A stretch of 25,122 nucleotides of DNA. Source: Candidatus Fermentibacteraceae bacterium (GTDB lineage: Bacteria; Fermentibacterota; Fermentibacteria; Fermentibacterales; JCC-6). Under the pieces are notes generated by a model that was given only the letters and a program-made list of their open reading frames with translations, was not told where the DNA came from and searched no databases. The stretch spans positions 42,712-67,833 of the forward strand of contig JAWLEP010000011.1 in assembly GCA_041686025.1 (NCBI GenBank), written 5' to 3'. Position 1 is the first letter of the stretch. Each line of letters starts with the position of its first letter. Made by a program: the position numbers and the translations under genes. This document shows, in pieces, positions 16,639 to 24,696 of this stretch.

Positions 16639-17114
16639 ACCTCTTCCCCCCTCCTGCTCTCGGCTTCTCCGTTTTCCGCGGGGCCCTCCTGCCGCTCGCG
16701 GCGCTCCAGCACCCGCACCGCCTCCATGCGGAAGGAGCTGCGTCTGCACAGGGCGCGGTTGACACCCAGGGCCAGGAGGCCTCCGGCCACCAGACCCGCC
16801 AGGGCCCCCAGGGCGGCCGAACCGGCTCCTCCGGGAGCGCCCACCAGGTAGCCGGCGAACAGCATGGCCACGGGAAGCAGAAAGGTCACCGCTATAACCC
16901 AGATGGTGGACGATGTCTTCAGCTCCACCTCCACCAGGTCTCCCTGACGGGCGTCGGCCCTGTTGCCCACCCAGGCCCTCCTGGTCTTGACGTCGCCGCC
17001 TGTGAGGCTGAAGCAGGCATGACGCTGCGAGCACCCGGCGCAGGACTCGCCCCCGCTGTACTCCACCAGGACCTCTCCCGGCCGTTCCTCCCTGACCACA
17101 CCGCTGTGACGCAT
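16635..17114 (-). CDS. rseC: RseC/MucC family (SoxR reducing system) membrane protein
   Basis: N-terminal GVV...SCAGCSQRHAC, GDLVEVEL, then two TMs (AVTFLLPVAMLFAGYLVG; LGALAGLVAGGLL). Confidence 0.8.
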   Translation of the reverse strand: MRHSGVVREERPGEVLVEYSGGESCAGCSQRHACFSLTGGDVKTRRAWVGNRADARQGDLVEVELKTSSTIWVIAVTFLLPVAMLFAGYLVGAPGGAGSAALGALAGLVAGGLLALGVNRALCRRSSFRMEAVRVLERRERQEGPAENGEAESRRGEEV

Positions 17115-17116
17115 CC

Positions 17117-17166
17117 TTCACCCCCCGTTCGGTCTGCATTATGTTGAAGATGCTTCCGTCGACCAA
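17117..17166. promoter_or_regulatory. Overlapping divergent sigma70-type promoters
   Basis: Plus strand: TTCACC (17117-17122), 17 bp, TATGTT (17140-17145). Minus strand: TTGGTC (17166-17161), 17 bp, CATAAT (17143-17138). Confidence 0.55.
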
Positions 17167-17193
17167 GTCAGCCCACCGTCCGCAGGAGGTTGC

Positions 17194-19653
17194 ATGAGAC
17201 TCGCCATGTGTGCGGCAGCGGTGCTGTGGACGCTTTCCGCCGCCGCCTCGCCGGAGCCCGCGGGCCCCGACTGGTCCGCCCGCCTGATGCGGGCCCAGGG
17301 GGCCTTTCTCTCCTCCCCTTCCCCGGAGGGTCTGTGCGGCCTTCTGGACACCCTGGCCCTCTCCGGCGCCGCCGGCAACCCCTGCGGGTCGGACTCCCTC
17401 CGCCGCTCCCTTCTGCGGTCCTGGCTCCGCGAGGTACCCGGCGGGGGCTGGACCCCCTCCACCCTCCTTCGGCTCATCGAGCACGCCGACCTCCTGGAGT
17501 GCGACAGCCTCTCGGGGGCCCTCAGGGAGACCATGCTGCGACGCTGGCCGGAGTCCACCGAGTGCTGGGAGGCCATGCAGGCCGGCTGCCTGGCCGCCCT
17601 CTACCCCGTATGGAGCGACGACACCGCAAGGGTGGCCGCCATGGAGTGGTTCCTGGAAGAATGGGGAGAGCGCTCCGACTACTGGAGGTCACGGGCCCTG
17701 GCCGTGATAGTGTCCTCCACCCGCTCCCTGGGGGACACCGCTCTCACCGCATCCCGGGCGGTCCGCTGGGTGGAGAGCTGCCCGGACAGCCCGGAGGCGC
17801 GGCTGGCCGCCGGCAGGTCGCTTCTGGAGATGGGGATGCCCGACAGCGCCCTCTTCCACCTGCAGCGGGGGGTCGATCTGATGGAGGGGGGATGGAGGCC
17901 GCAGGCGATGCCGGCCCCGGAGGCGGCCCTGACGGTGCCCAGGATAGGCCACGACCTGCAGTGGCGGCGGGCGCAGGCGCTGGCCGCCGGCGGTGACACC
18001 GCATCCGCCCTGTCCGTCCTCGAGCCGCTGCTGGCCCCCGGGCTGTATCCCGACTCCCTGCACCACACCCCCTACGACTACCTGGTGGAGGCCGCCGAGC
18101 TCAGGGCGGCCCTGGGCGACACCGCCCGGGCACTGGAGCTACTGGTCTCCGCCGAGATCGCCGGACGGACCAGGTACGATTCACTGGCCCCGGCCCGCAG
18201 CCGGCTGGCAGAGCTGCTGGGCACCAGGGAGGTGGAGGCCGCCTGCAGGGAGGCCACCGGCTACGAAGGCCCCGTGTTCGAGGACGTGACAGTCGCCATG
18301 CTGGGGGACAGCGGCCTGCCGGGGAAGACCCGGGTGGCCTGGGGGGACTACGACCGCGACGGCTGGCCCGACCTCCTGCTGGGACGGAGGCTCTTCCGCA
18401 ACTGCGAGGGCAGGGGGTTCACCGAGATCACGAGGGCGGCGGGCCTTCACCTGCCCAGGGCCTCGGGAGCCGTGTGGGGCGACATGGACGGCAACGGATG
18501 GCCGGACCTGGTCACCTGCGGCAGCGAGACCTGGGTGGTCCTCAACAGGAGGGGGGTCTTCGATGCCGGTACGGCCTCCTGGCAGCCCCTGGACACCCGC
18601 GGGCCCACGGAGGGGGTGGGGCTGCTGGACTGGAACGGCGACGGCCGGCTGGACGTATACCTGGCCAGGTACGAGAGGCCGGACCGGATGGGCCTGGGGA
18701 CACCAGACCTGTTCCTGATGGGTACAGGCGCAGGCCTTCGACAGGCGGGGGACTCCCTGGGAATGATCCCCCCGGGGTGCATACCCCTCTGCGGCCGCGG
18801 GGTGAGCCCCTGCGACTACGACCGCGACGGCAGGACCGACATACTGGTCTCCGACTACCGGCTGGACCGCAACCTGCTGTGGCAGAACCGGGGAACGGCG
18901 GTGGAGGCCGCCATGGAGGCCGGCGTCGAGGCGAAGCCGGTCCGGGGCCTCTACGGTCACACCATCGGCAGCGCCTGGGCCGACTGGGACAACGACGGAG
19001 ACTGGGACCTGTTCTGCGCCAACCTGGCACATCCCCGCTACATCCGCTTCTCCCGGCGAAGCCTGCTGCTGCGCAACGACGGCGGCACCTACACCGACGC
19101 CACGCCGGGGTCGGGCATCCGGTACGAGGAGACGCACTCCGTCCCCGCATGGGGGGACTTCGACGGAGACGGGCTTCCGGACCTCTACATAACGTCGGTC
19201 TACGAGGGCCGAAGGAGCTTCCTCTACCGGAACCTCGGGGATGGCCGCTTCCGGGACGTGACCTTCCTCTCGGGGGCCCGCGTCACCGACGGCTGGGGCG
19301 CGGCAACGGCGGACTTCGACCGCGACGGCCGGCTGGACCTGGCGGTGGGAACCGGGGACGGCCCCCGCCTTCTGCGCAACGTCACCCCCGATGCGGGCCG
19401 CTGGCTGCTGGTGCACGTAAGGCCCGCGCGAAGACCCGCCGTGGGCTGCGTGCTGGAGGTAAGGCAGGGAGACGCGGTTCTCCTGCGCCAGGTGGAGGGG
19501 GGAAGCGGAACCACCTGCCAGAGCTCGGAGATACTCCACCTCGTCCTGCCCGGAGAGGGCGACGCCGAATGGAGCCTCTACGTCCCCGGCGACAGCCTTC
19601 CCGCCGCCACCGGCAGGATCGGGCGGGCCCGGCGGGAGATCACCGTTCCCTGA
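17194..19653 (+). CDS. Exported CRTAC1-family protein: TPR-like region + FG-GAP beta-propeller + ASPIC/UnbV domain (819 aa)
   Basis: Signal peptide ending in AAA. Helical TPR-like N-terminal third. Seven DxDxDG-type repeats. C-terminal WLLVHV...AVGCVLEV...RQVEGGSG..CQ...LHLVL. SD GGAGGT. Confidence 0.85.
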   Translation: MRLAMCAAAVLWTLSAAASPEPAGPDWSARLMRAQGAFLSSPSPEGLCGLLDTLALSGAAGNPCGSDSLRRSLLRSWLREVPGGGWTPSTLLRLIEHADLLECDSLSGALRETMLRRWPESTECWEAMQAGCLAALYPVWSDDTARVAAMEWFLEEWGERSDYWRSRALAVIVSSTRSLGDTALTASRAVRWVESCPDSPEARLAAGRSLLEMGMPDSALFHLQRGVDLMEGGWRPQAMPAPEAALTVPRIGHDLQWRRAQALAAGGDTASALSVLEPLLAPGLYPDSLHHTPYDYLVEAAELRAALGDTARALELLVSAEIAGRTRYDSLAPARSRLAELLGTREVEAACREATGYEGPVFEDVTVAMLGDSGLPGKTRVAWGDYDRDGWPDLLLGRRLFRNCEGRGFTEITRAAGLHLPRASGAVWGDMDGNGWPDLVTCGSETWVVLNRRGVFDAGTASWQPLDTRGPTEGVGLLDWNGDGRLDVYLARYERPDRMGLGTPDLFLMGTGAGLRQAGDSLGMIPPGCIPLCGRGVSPCDYDRDGRTDILVSDYRLDRNLLWQNRGTAVEAAMEAGVEAKPVRGLYGHTIGSAWADWDNDGDWDLFCANLAHPRYIRFSRRSLLLRNDGGTYTDATPGSGIRYEETHSVPAWGDFDGDGLPDLYITSVYEGRRSFLYRNLGDGRFRDVTFLSGARVTDGWGAATADFDRDGRLDLAVGTGDGPRLLRNVTPDAGRWLLVHVRPARRPAVGCVLEVRQGDAVLLRQVEGGSGTTCQSSEILHLVLPGEGDAEWSLYVPGDSLPAATGRIGRARREITVP
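18346..19338 (+). repeat. Seven FG-GAP/integrin-like Ca-binding repeats
   Basis: DYDRDG, DMDGNG, DWNGDG, DYDRDG, DWDNDG, DFDGDG, DFDRDG, each followed by xxD[LVI]. Confidence 0.9.
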
Positions 19654-20122
19654 CCGACCGGCCCGGATGGAACCTCCTCCACCGGTCCCGGTGGGTGGCC
19701 CGCCTGAGGTACTTCAGGACCAGGGAGAAGCTGGCCCAGCCTCCGGGGTAGTATCGGGTGTCCATGGCCAGGTGTAGAGCGGTTCCCAGGAGAAGGCCCA
19801 GCACCAGTCCATGGCCGGTCACCAGCCATGCCGCCAGCAGGCCGGCGGCCAGCTCGACGCTGTGCAGGACGGGAAACGCCCAGCTGTCGGGTATCCCTCT
19901 GCTGAGGCCGAAGTGCCGCTGCAGCTTCCGGGGGGTCATGAAGTAGGCCCGGGCCAGGTTGGCGGGAGTGGGCGACATGCCCCGTCCGGCGAAATGGCCC
20001 ACGTGATCGGCGTCCAGCAGGGCGCTGGCCAGAAAGGTGCCCGCACCCGCACCAGTGCCCATTGCAGAACCGACGGCCAGCCCTGCCGCAGCCCCTGCGG
20101 CCGCATGAAGCGACGCCCTCAT
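19640..20122 (-). CDS. Putative membrane-bound metal-dependent hydrolase (YdjM/DUF457-like)
   Basis: N-terminal H, LLDADH, VLHS and GTALHLAMD motifs separated by TM segments. Overlaps the 3' end of the CRTAC1 gene by 14 bp. Confidence 0.65.
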   Translation of the reverse strand: MRASLHAAAGAAAGLAVGSAMGTGAGAGTFLASALLDADHVGHFAGRGMSPTPANLARAYFMTPRKLQRHFGLSRGIPDSWAFPVLHSVELAAGLLAAWLVTGHGLVLGLLLGTALHLAMDTRYYPGGWASFSLVLKYLRRATHRDRWRRFHPGRSVRER

Positions 20123-20147
20123 CGCCGCGTCTCAGCCTGAAGAAGCA

Positions 20148-20176
20148 TTGGTCCCCCGTCCCCGACAGCTTATCTT
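20148..20176 (+). promoter_or_regulatory. Sigma70-type promoter for the DegT gene
   Basis: TTGGTC (20148-20153), 17 bp, TATCTT (20171-20176). Confidence 0.55.
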
Positions 20177-20215
20177 AACCATTCGGTGTCGAACGAGCCC
20201 AAGGAAGGATCTAAG

Positions 20216-21361
20216 ATGAAGGTTCCCTTTCTCGACCTCAAGGCACAGCTGGACCAGGTGGGCGACGAGATCCGCAGCCAGCTGAACGAGATAATCGACT
20301 GCACCGGCTTCGTGCTGGGTCCCAGGGTGGAGGCGTTCGAGGAGAAGATGGCCCGGCTGGCGGGTACGAAGCACTGCATAGGCGTCAGCAGCGGAACGGC
20401 GGCCGTTCACTGCATCTGCGCCGCAGCCGACCTTCCCCCGGGAAGCGGCATAATAGTGCCGCCCAACACTTTCACCGCCACAGTTGAGGGCATCATACTG
20501 GCGGGCCACGTCCCCGTGTTCGTGGACGTAGAACCGGAGCTGTGGACACTGGACCCGGAGAAGGTCCGTGAAGCGGCGGAGAGCTGGCGCGGGCCCGACG
20601 GCGTCATCGATCCCGGGTCCGGGGCCCCGGTGGGGGCCATCATGTCCGTGGACCTCTACGGGCAGCCGGCGGACAATCCGGCCCTGGAGGAGATAGCGGC
20701 GGAGAACGGCTGGGTGCTCCTGGAGGATGCCTGCCAGGCCCACGACGCCTCCCTGGGGGGCAGGCCGGCGGGAAGCTTCGGCCTGGCCGCCGCCTTCAGC
20801 TTCTACCCGGGCAAGAACCTGGGCGCCTTCGGGGAAGCCGGGGCCGTGACAACGGACTCCGACCAGGTGGCCCAGCGGGTCCGGATGCTCCGCGACCACG
20901 GGTCGAGCAGCAAGTACTACTACTCCATGGTGGGCCACAACTACCGGATGTCGGCCTTCCAGGGAGCGGTCCTGGGGGTGAAGATAGACTACATCCACCG
21001 CTGGAACGACGGCCGGAGAGGGGCGGCGGAGAGGTACGGACGGCTGCTGGCCCGCCTGCCCCTGGAGCTCCCGGTCCAGCGGGAGGGCGCCAGGCACGTC
21101 TACCACCTCTACCCCGTGCACCTAGAGGAGAGGGACCGGCTCCGGGAGTTCCTTTCCCGGCGCGACATCGCATCGGGTCTGCACTACCCCCTTCCGCTGC
21201 ACGTGCAGGAGGCCTACGCCCATCTGGGCTGCTCCCGGGGCGACTTCCCCGTGGCGGAGTACAACAGCGACCGCAACCTGACGCTTCCCATCTTCCCGGA
21301 GATAACGGCCGAGCAGCAGCAGGCGGTTGCGGACGCCATCGGGGAGTTCTTCGCCGGCTAG
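20216..21361 (+). CDS. DegT/DnrJ/EryC1/StrS PLP-dependent nucleotide-sugar aminotransferase (381 aa)
   Basis: MKVPFLDL, VSSGTAA, NTFTAT, DLYGQPAD, EDACQAH, FSFYPGKNLGAFGEAG (PLP Lys), GHNYRM, HYPLPLH. SD AAGGAAGGA. Confidence 0.95.
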   Translation: MKVPFLDLKAQLDQVGDEIRSQLNEIIDCTGFVLGPRVEAFEEKMARLAGTKHCIGVSSGTAAVHCICAAADLPPGSGIIVPPNTFTATVEGIILAGHVPVFVDVEPELWTLDPEKVREAAESWRGPDGVIDPGSGAPVGAIMSVDLYGQPADNPALEEIAAENGWVLLEDACQAHDASLGGRPAGSFGLAAAFSFYPGKNLGAFGEAGAVTTDSDQVAQRVRMLRDHGSSSKYYYSMVGHNYRMSAFQGAVLGVKIDYIHRWNDGRRGAAERYGRLLARLPLELPVQREGARHVYHLYPVHLEERDRLREFLSRRDIASGLHYPLPLHVQEAYAHLGCSRGDFPVAEYNSDRNLTLPIFPEITAEQQQAVADAIGEFFAG

Positions 21362-21373
21362 GAGGGGAAGCGC

Positions 21374-21751
21374 CTAGCGGCTCACCACGTATGTGTGGTT
21401 GAGTATGGAGCCCACCACATGCTCCTCGGGCTGGCCGTCGCGGATGCGCTGCAGCGCCTCCAGCATCCTGGAGGGACTGAGCCTGAGATACGCACCTTCG
21501 ATGCCCACCTGCAGGCCCACCACTGGCCAGCCGGCGGCCACGCTGTCGGCCACCAGGTAGAATACTCCGCCGTAGTGCTTCAGCAGGGAGTCTCCTTCGG
21601 CAAGGGAGCCTTCTATCTCCACCCTCAGCAGGCTGTCCCCCATGGAGACGGCGGTGGCGGGCACGCCCATCTCCCTGAGGTCGTCGGTGAGACCGGCCCA
21701 GGACACACCGGCGACCAGGGCCAGGATCAGAGCTGTGAGAACCCTAGCCAC
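21374..21751 (-). CDS. Small exported hypothetical protein (125 aa)
   Basis: GTG 21751 after SD GAAGGGAG; signal peptide MARVLTALILALVAGVSWA. Preferred over the longer ORF start at 21805. Confidence 0.7.
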   Translation of the reverse strand: MARVLTALILALVAGVSWAGLTDDLREMGVPATAVSMGDSLLRVEIEGSLAEGDSLLKHYGGVFYLVADSVAAGWPVVGLQVGIEGAYLRLSPSRMLEALQRIRDGQPEEHVVGSILNHTYVVSR

Positions 21752-21845
21752 CAGACTCCCTTCAAAGCCGCCCACGAGATGCTTGACCATGGGAATAGAT
21801 AACACAGATCACGAGCCCTGGAAAGATGCGAAGGCCCCTGCCCCG

Positions 21846-21874
21846 TTGAGACTGCCGGCCGCCGCCGGTATATT
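21846..21874 (+). promoter_or_regulatory. Sigma70 promoter, probably leaderless, for the hypothetical-pdxS-pdxT operon
   Basis: TTGAGA (21846-21851), 17 bp, TATATT (21869-21874), 6 bp, then ATG 21881. Confidence 0.7.
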
Positions 21875-21880
21875 CGCCAC

Positions 21881-22345
21881 ATGAAAACAGTGGCCGTTCT
21901 CATGTTCGCCGCGGCGCTCCTGGGACCGGCGGCCGGGTCCGAGCCGCCCCTGAGCCCGAACGATCTGGCCCAGCTCTCCCGGGAGATGACCGGACTGCTG
22001 GACGGGTACCTGGAGGCCGTACCGGAGTGTCCCCCCGAGGAAGACACTCCAGTCCGGCTGTGGCGGCTGGACTCGGCATGGCTCCGTGCGGATGCGGTCT
22101 TCGGGGCCGTCTCGGACACGGCCTCTGCTCCCCAGGGGGTGGAGCCAGCTGCATGGGGCGAGTACACCGAGTCCTGCAGGAGCCTTCTGGACGCCTATGG
22201 AGAGCTTGTGCGGACCTACCACGGCGACCTGCCCGACAGCGCCAGGGCGGTCAGGCTGGAGGACGGCTTTCTCTCCGCCTGCAGCCTCTACGCGTTGCGG
22301 GAGACAGCGGTTATGGATCTTCTGGAGGAAGAGGTAAGGATATGA
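21881..22345 (+). CDS. Small exported hypothetical protein (154 aa, helical)
   Basis: Signal peptide [19 protein letters not shown]; stop overlaps the pdxS ATG (ATGA). Confidence 0.75.
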   Translation: MKTVAVLMFAAALLGPAAGSEPPLSPNDLAQLSREMTGLLDGYLEAVPECPPEEDTPVRLWRLDSAWLRADAVFGAVSDTASAPQGVEPAAWGEYTESCRSLLDAYGELVRTYHGDLPDSARAVRLEDGFLSACSLYALRETAVMDLLEEEVRI

Positions 22346-23235
22346 GCGAGAGCAGAGACAGGGGTACCTTCAAGGTCAAGAGCGGACATGCGCAGATGCT
22401 CAAGGGCGGGGTCATCATGGACGTGGTCACCTCCGACCAGGCCCGGGTGGCCCAGGACGCCGGGGCGGTGGCCGTCATGGCCCTGGAGCGGGTGCCGGCG
22501 GACATAAGGGCTCACGGAGGCGTGGCCCGCATGTCGGACCCGGAGATCGTAAGGTCCATCCAGGAGGCGGTGACCATACCGGTGATGGCCAAGTGCCGGA
22601 TCGGGCACTTCGTGGAAGCCCAGGTGCTCCAGTCCCTGGGAGTGGACTTCGTGGACGAGTCCGAGGTGCTGACTCCCGCCGACGAGGCCAACCACGTGGA
22701 CAAGTGGGCGTTCGACGTGCCCTTCGTCTGCGGCGCCACCAATCTGGGCGAGGCCCTTCGCCGCATCGGCGAGGGGGCGGCCATGATCCGGACCAAGGGC
22801 GAGGCCGGCACCGGCAACGTGGTGGAGGCCGTCCGCCACGCCAGGAGGGTCCTGGGCCAGATCCGGCAGATACAGGCGGCCCCCCGCGGAGAGCTGATGT
22901 CCATGGCCAAGGAGATGGCCGCCCCCTTCCAGCTGGTGGAGTACGTCCACGAGAACGGAAGGCTTCCGGTGGTCAACTTCGCCGCCGGCGGGGTGGCCAC
23001 CCCTGCGGACGCGGCCATGATGATGCAGCTGGGCATGGACGGAGTCTTCGTGGGCAGCGGCATCTTCAAGAGCGGCGACCCGGAGAGGAGGGCCAAGGCC
23101 ATAGTGGAGGCGGTGAGCCAGTACGAGGACGCCTCCGTCATCGCCGAGGTCTCCGCCGGCCTGGGAGAGGCCATGGTGGGGATCAACATCTCCGACATTC
23201 CTCCCGAGGAGCGCATGGCGGAGCGGGGCTGGTAG
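22342..23235 (+). CDS. pdxS: Pyridoxal 5'-phosphate synthase lyase subunit
   Basis: [67 protein letters not shown] 22342. Confidence 0.98.
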   Translation: MSESRDRGTFKVKSGHAQMLKGGVIMDVVTSDQARVAQDAGAVAVMALERVPADIRAHGGVARMSDPEIVRSIQEAVTIPVMAKCRIGHFVEAQVLQSLGVDFVDESEVLTPADEANHVDKWAFDVPFVCGATNLGEALRRIGEGAAMIRTKGEAGTGNVVEAVRHARRVLGQIRQIQAAPRGELMSMAKEMAAPFQLVEYVHENGRLPVVNFAAGGVATPADAAMMMQLGMDGVFVGSGIFKSGDPERRAKAIVEAVSQYEDASVIAEVSAGLGEAMVGINISDIPPEERMAERGW

Positions 23236-23832
23236 TTGCCCCCTCTTCGAATTGGCGTCCTCGCCCTGCAGGGCGGGGTGGCCGAGCACATGGACATGCT
23301 GCGTTCCGTGGGAGCGCGGCCGGTGGCCGTCCGCCGCAGCGATGCCCTGACTGGGGTTGACGGTCTGGTGCTGCCCGGCGGCGAGTCCACCGCGCTGATC
23401 AAGCTGATCCACCGATGGAGCCTGGCCGATGCCATCGTCTCCCTTGCGGAGTCGGGGGCTCCCCTCTGGGGCACCTGCGCGGGGGCGGTCCTCCTCAGCA
23501 GCCGTATATCCGAACGCGAGCACCGGGTGGACCAGCCCAGCCTGGGCCTGGCGCCGGTGCACGCCATCCGCAACAGGTTCGGCAGGCAGGTGGAGAGCTT
23601 CCAGGAGCCGCTGGAGGTGGCCGGGATGGAGGAACCGTTTCCGGGGGTGTTCATCCGGGCGCCCCTGCTGGAGCCCCTGGAGGACTCCGTGGAGGTGCTG
23701 GCCTCGGTGAGAGAGGGTGCGGTCTTCCTTCGCGCCGGCCGCATCTGGCTGTCCTCCTTTCATCCCGAGCTCACCTCCGACAGCCGGCTGCACCGCCTGT
23801 TCTGCGAAGAGGTGAGGGATGCCGCTGAGTAG
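23236..23832 (+). CDS. pdxT: Pyridoxal 5'-phosphate synthase glutaminase subunit
   Basis: IGVLALQG, LPGGEST, GTCAG, RNRFGRQVESF, GVFIRAP, SFHPELT. TTG directly after the pdxS stop. Confidence 0.97.
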   Translation: MPPLRIGVLALQGGVAEHMDMLRSVGARPVAVRRSDALTGVDGLVLPGGESTALIKLIHRWSLADAIVSLAESGAPLWGTCAGAVLLSSRISEREHRVDQPSLGLAPVHAIRNRFGRQVESFQEPLEVAGMEEPFPGVFIRAPLLEPLEDSVEVLASVREGAVFLRAGRIWLSSFHPELTSDSRLHRLFCEEVRDAAE

Positions 23833-24694
23833 CGACCCCCGCTGCCTGGAGTGCTTCCGAAGCGGCTTCGGGGCCTTCTCCGGCCGGGGAGGCGCCGAGT
23901 CTCCGGGGCTTGGACGGGCGCTGCAGGAAGCGCTGGACCTGGTGGCGGAGAGGCTGCCCCATCACGCCCCGCCGGTGGCCGGGGCCCCCGGATACGCCCA
24001 TCTCTGCAGGTACCTGGGAGCCGACGACCTCTTCGCCGCCGAGAAGCGCGCGCTTACGCAGGAGCTGCTCTCCCAGCTGGACCGTATCCGCCCGGGGATC
24101 GCGACCTCCCCCCGGCCGGCCACGGCGGCGCTGCGAGCCGGGGTCTGGGGCAACCTCCTGGACGTGGCCCAGGGCCACCGGCTGCCCGACCCCGACGAGC
24201 TGCAGGAGCTGTTCGGCCATCCCCTGGCAGTGGACGACACCGAAGAGTTCCTGGACAGGCTGGAGAGCGCCTCCCTCCTCCTGATACTGGGAGACAACGC
24301 CGGGGAGACGGTACTGGACAGGCTCTTCCTGGAGACTGCTTCCCCCGGCGCCGAGGTAGTCTACACGGTGCGGCCGGAGCCGGTGATGAACGACGCCATC
24401 CTGGCGGACGCCGAGATGGCCGGGCTGCACCGCCTGGCGGAGCTGGTGGACACCGGCTGCGTCGCCCCCACGGTCATGCCCGGGTTGGTGAGTCCCAGGC
24501 TGCAGCGGCTTCTCGGCGAGGCCGATCTGGTGCTCTCCAAGGGCCAGGGCAACCTGGAAGGGCTCCTGGGAACATCGGACGAACGTCTGTTTTACTCTTT
24601 CGTAGTCAAGTGCGGAGTCATAGCGGATGCCACCGGGCTGCCGCTGCGCAGCGGCGTATTCGCCCGCAGCACCCGCCTGCCGCAGCGGAGGTAG
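23819..24694 (+). CDS. Damage-control phosphatase ARMT1/DUF89 family
   Basis: N-terminal CLEC, DLFAAEK, GNLLD, DNAGE, PVMNDA, SKGQGNLE, VKCGVIA. Confidence 0.88.
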   Translation: MPLSSDPRCLECFRSGFGAFSGRGGAESPGLGRALQEALDLVAERLPHHAPPVAGAPGYAHLCRYLGADDLFAAEKRALTQELLSQLDRIRPGIATSPRPATAALRAGVWGNLLDVAQGHRLPDPDELQELFGHPLAVDDTEEFLDRLESASLLLILGDNAGETVLDRLFLETASPGAEVVYTVRPEPVMNDAILADAEMAGLHRLAELVDTGCVAPTVMPGLVSPRLQRLLGEADLVLSKGQGNLEGLLGTSDERLFYSFVVKCGVIADATGLPLRSGVFARSTRLPQRR

Positions 24695-24696
24695 AG

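Noticed and set aside
17194..19653. UnbV domain as a marker of an enediyne biosynthetic cluster
   Set aside because: No PKS or other enediyne cassette genes; the domain is widespread outside such clusters.
59..24430. Many long antisense and alternate-frame ORFs (e.g. 59-1720, 3191-4522, 6884-8173, 18181-19539, 22288-23793 on minus; 15238-16851 on plus)
   Set aside because: They shadow well-supported genes, have Arg/Pro/Gly-rich or reverse-codon composition, and are expected from stop-codon scarcity at high GC.
1939..24696. N-terminal extensions in the ORF track (starts at 1939, 3275, 5909, 8646, 15616, 17484, 20186, 21805, 22027, 23851)
   Set aside because: They overlap neighbouring genes or terminators. 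Downstream starts have SD motifs, signal peptides or family-typical N-termini, so there is no evidence for real fusions.
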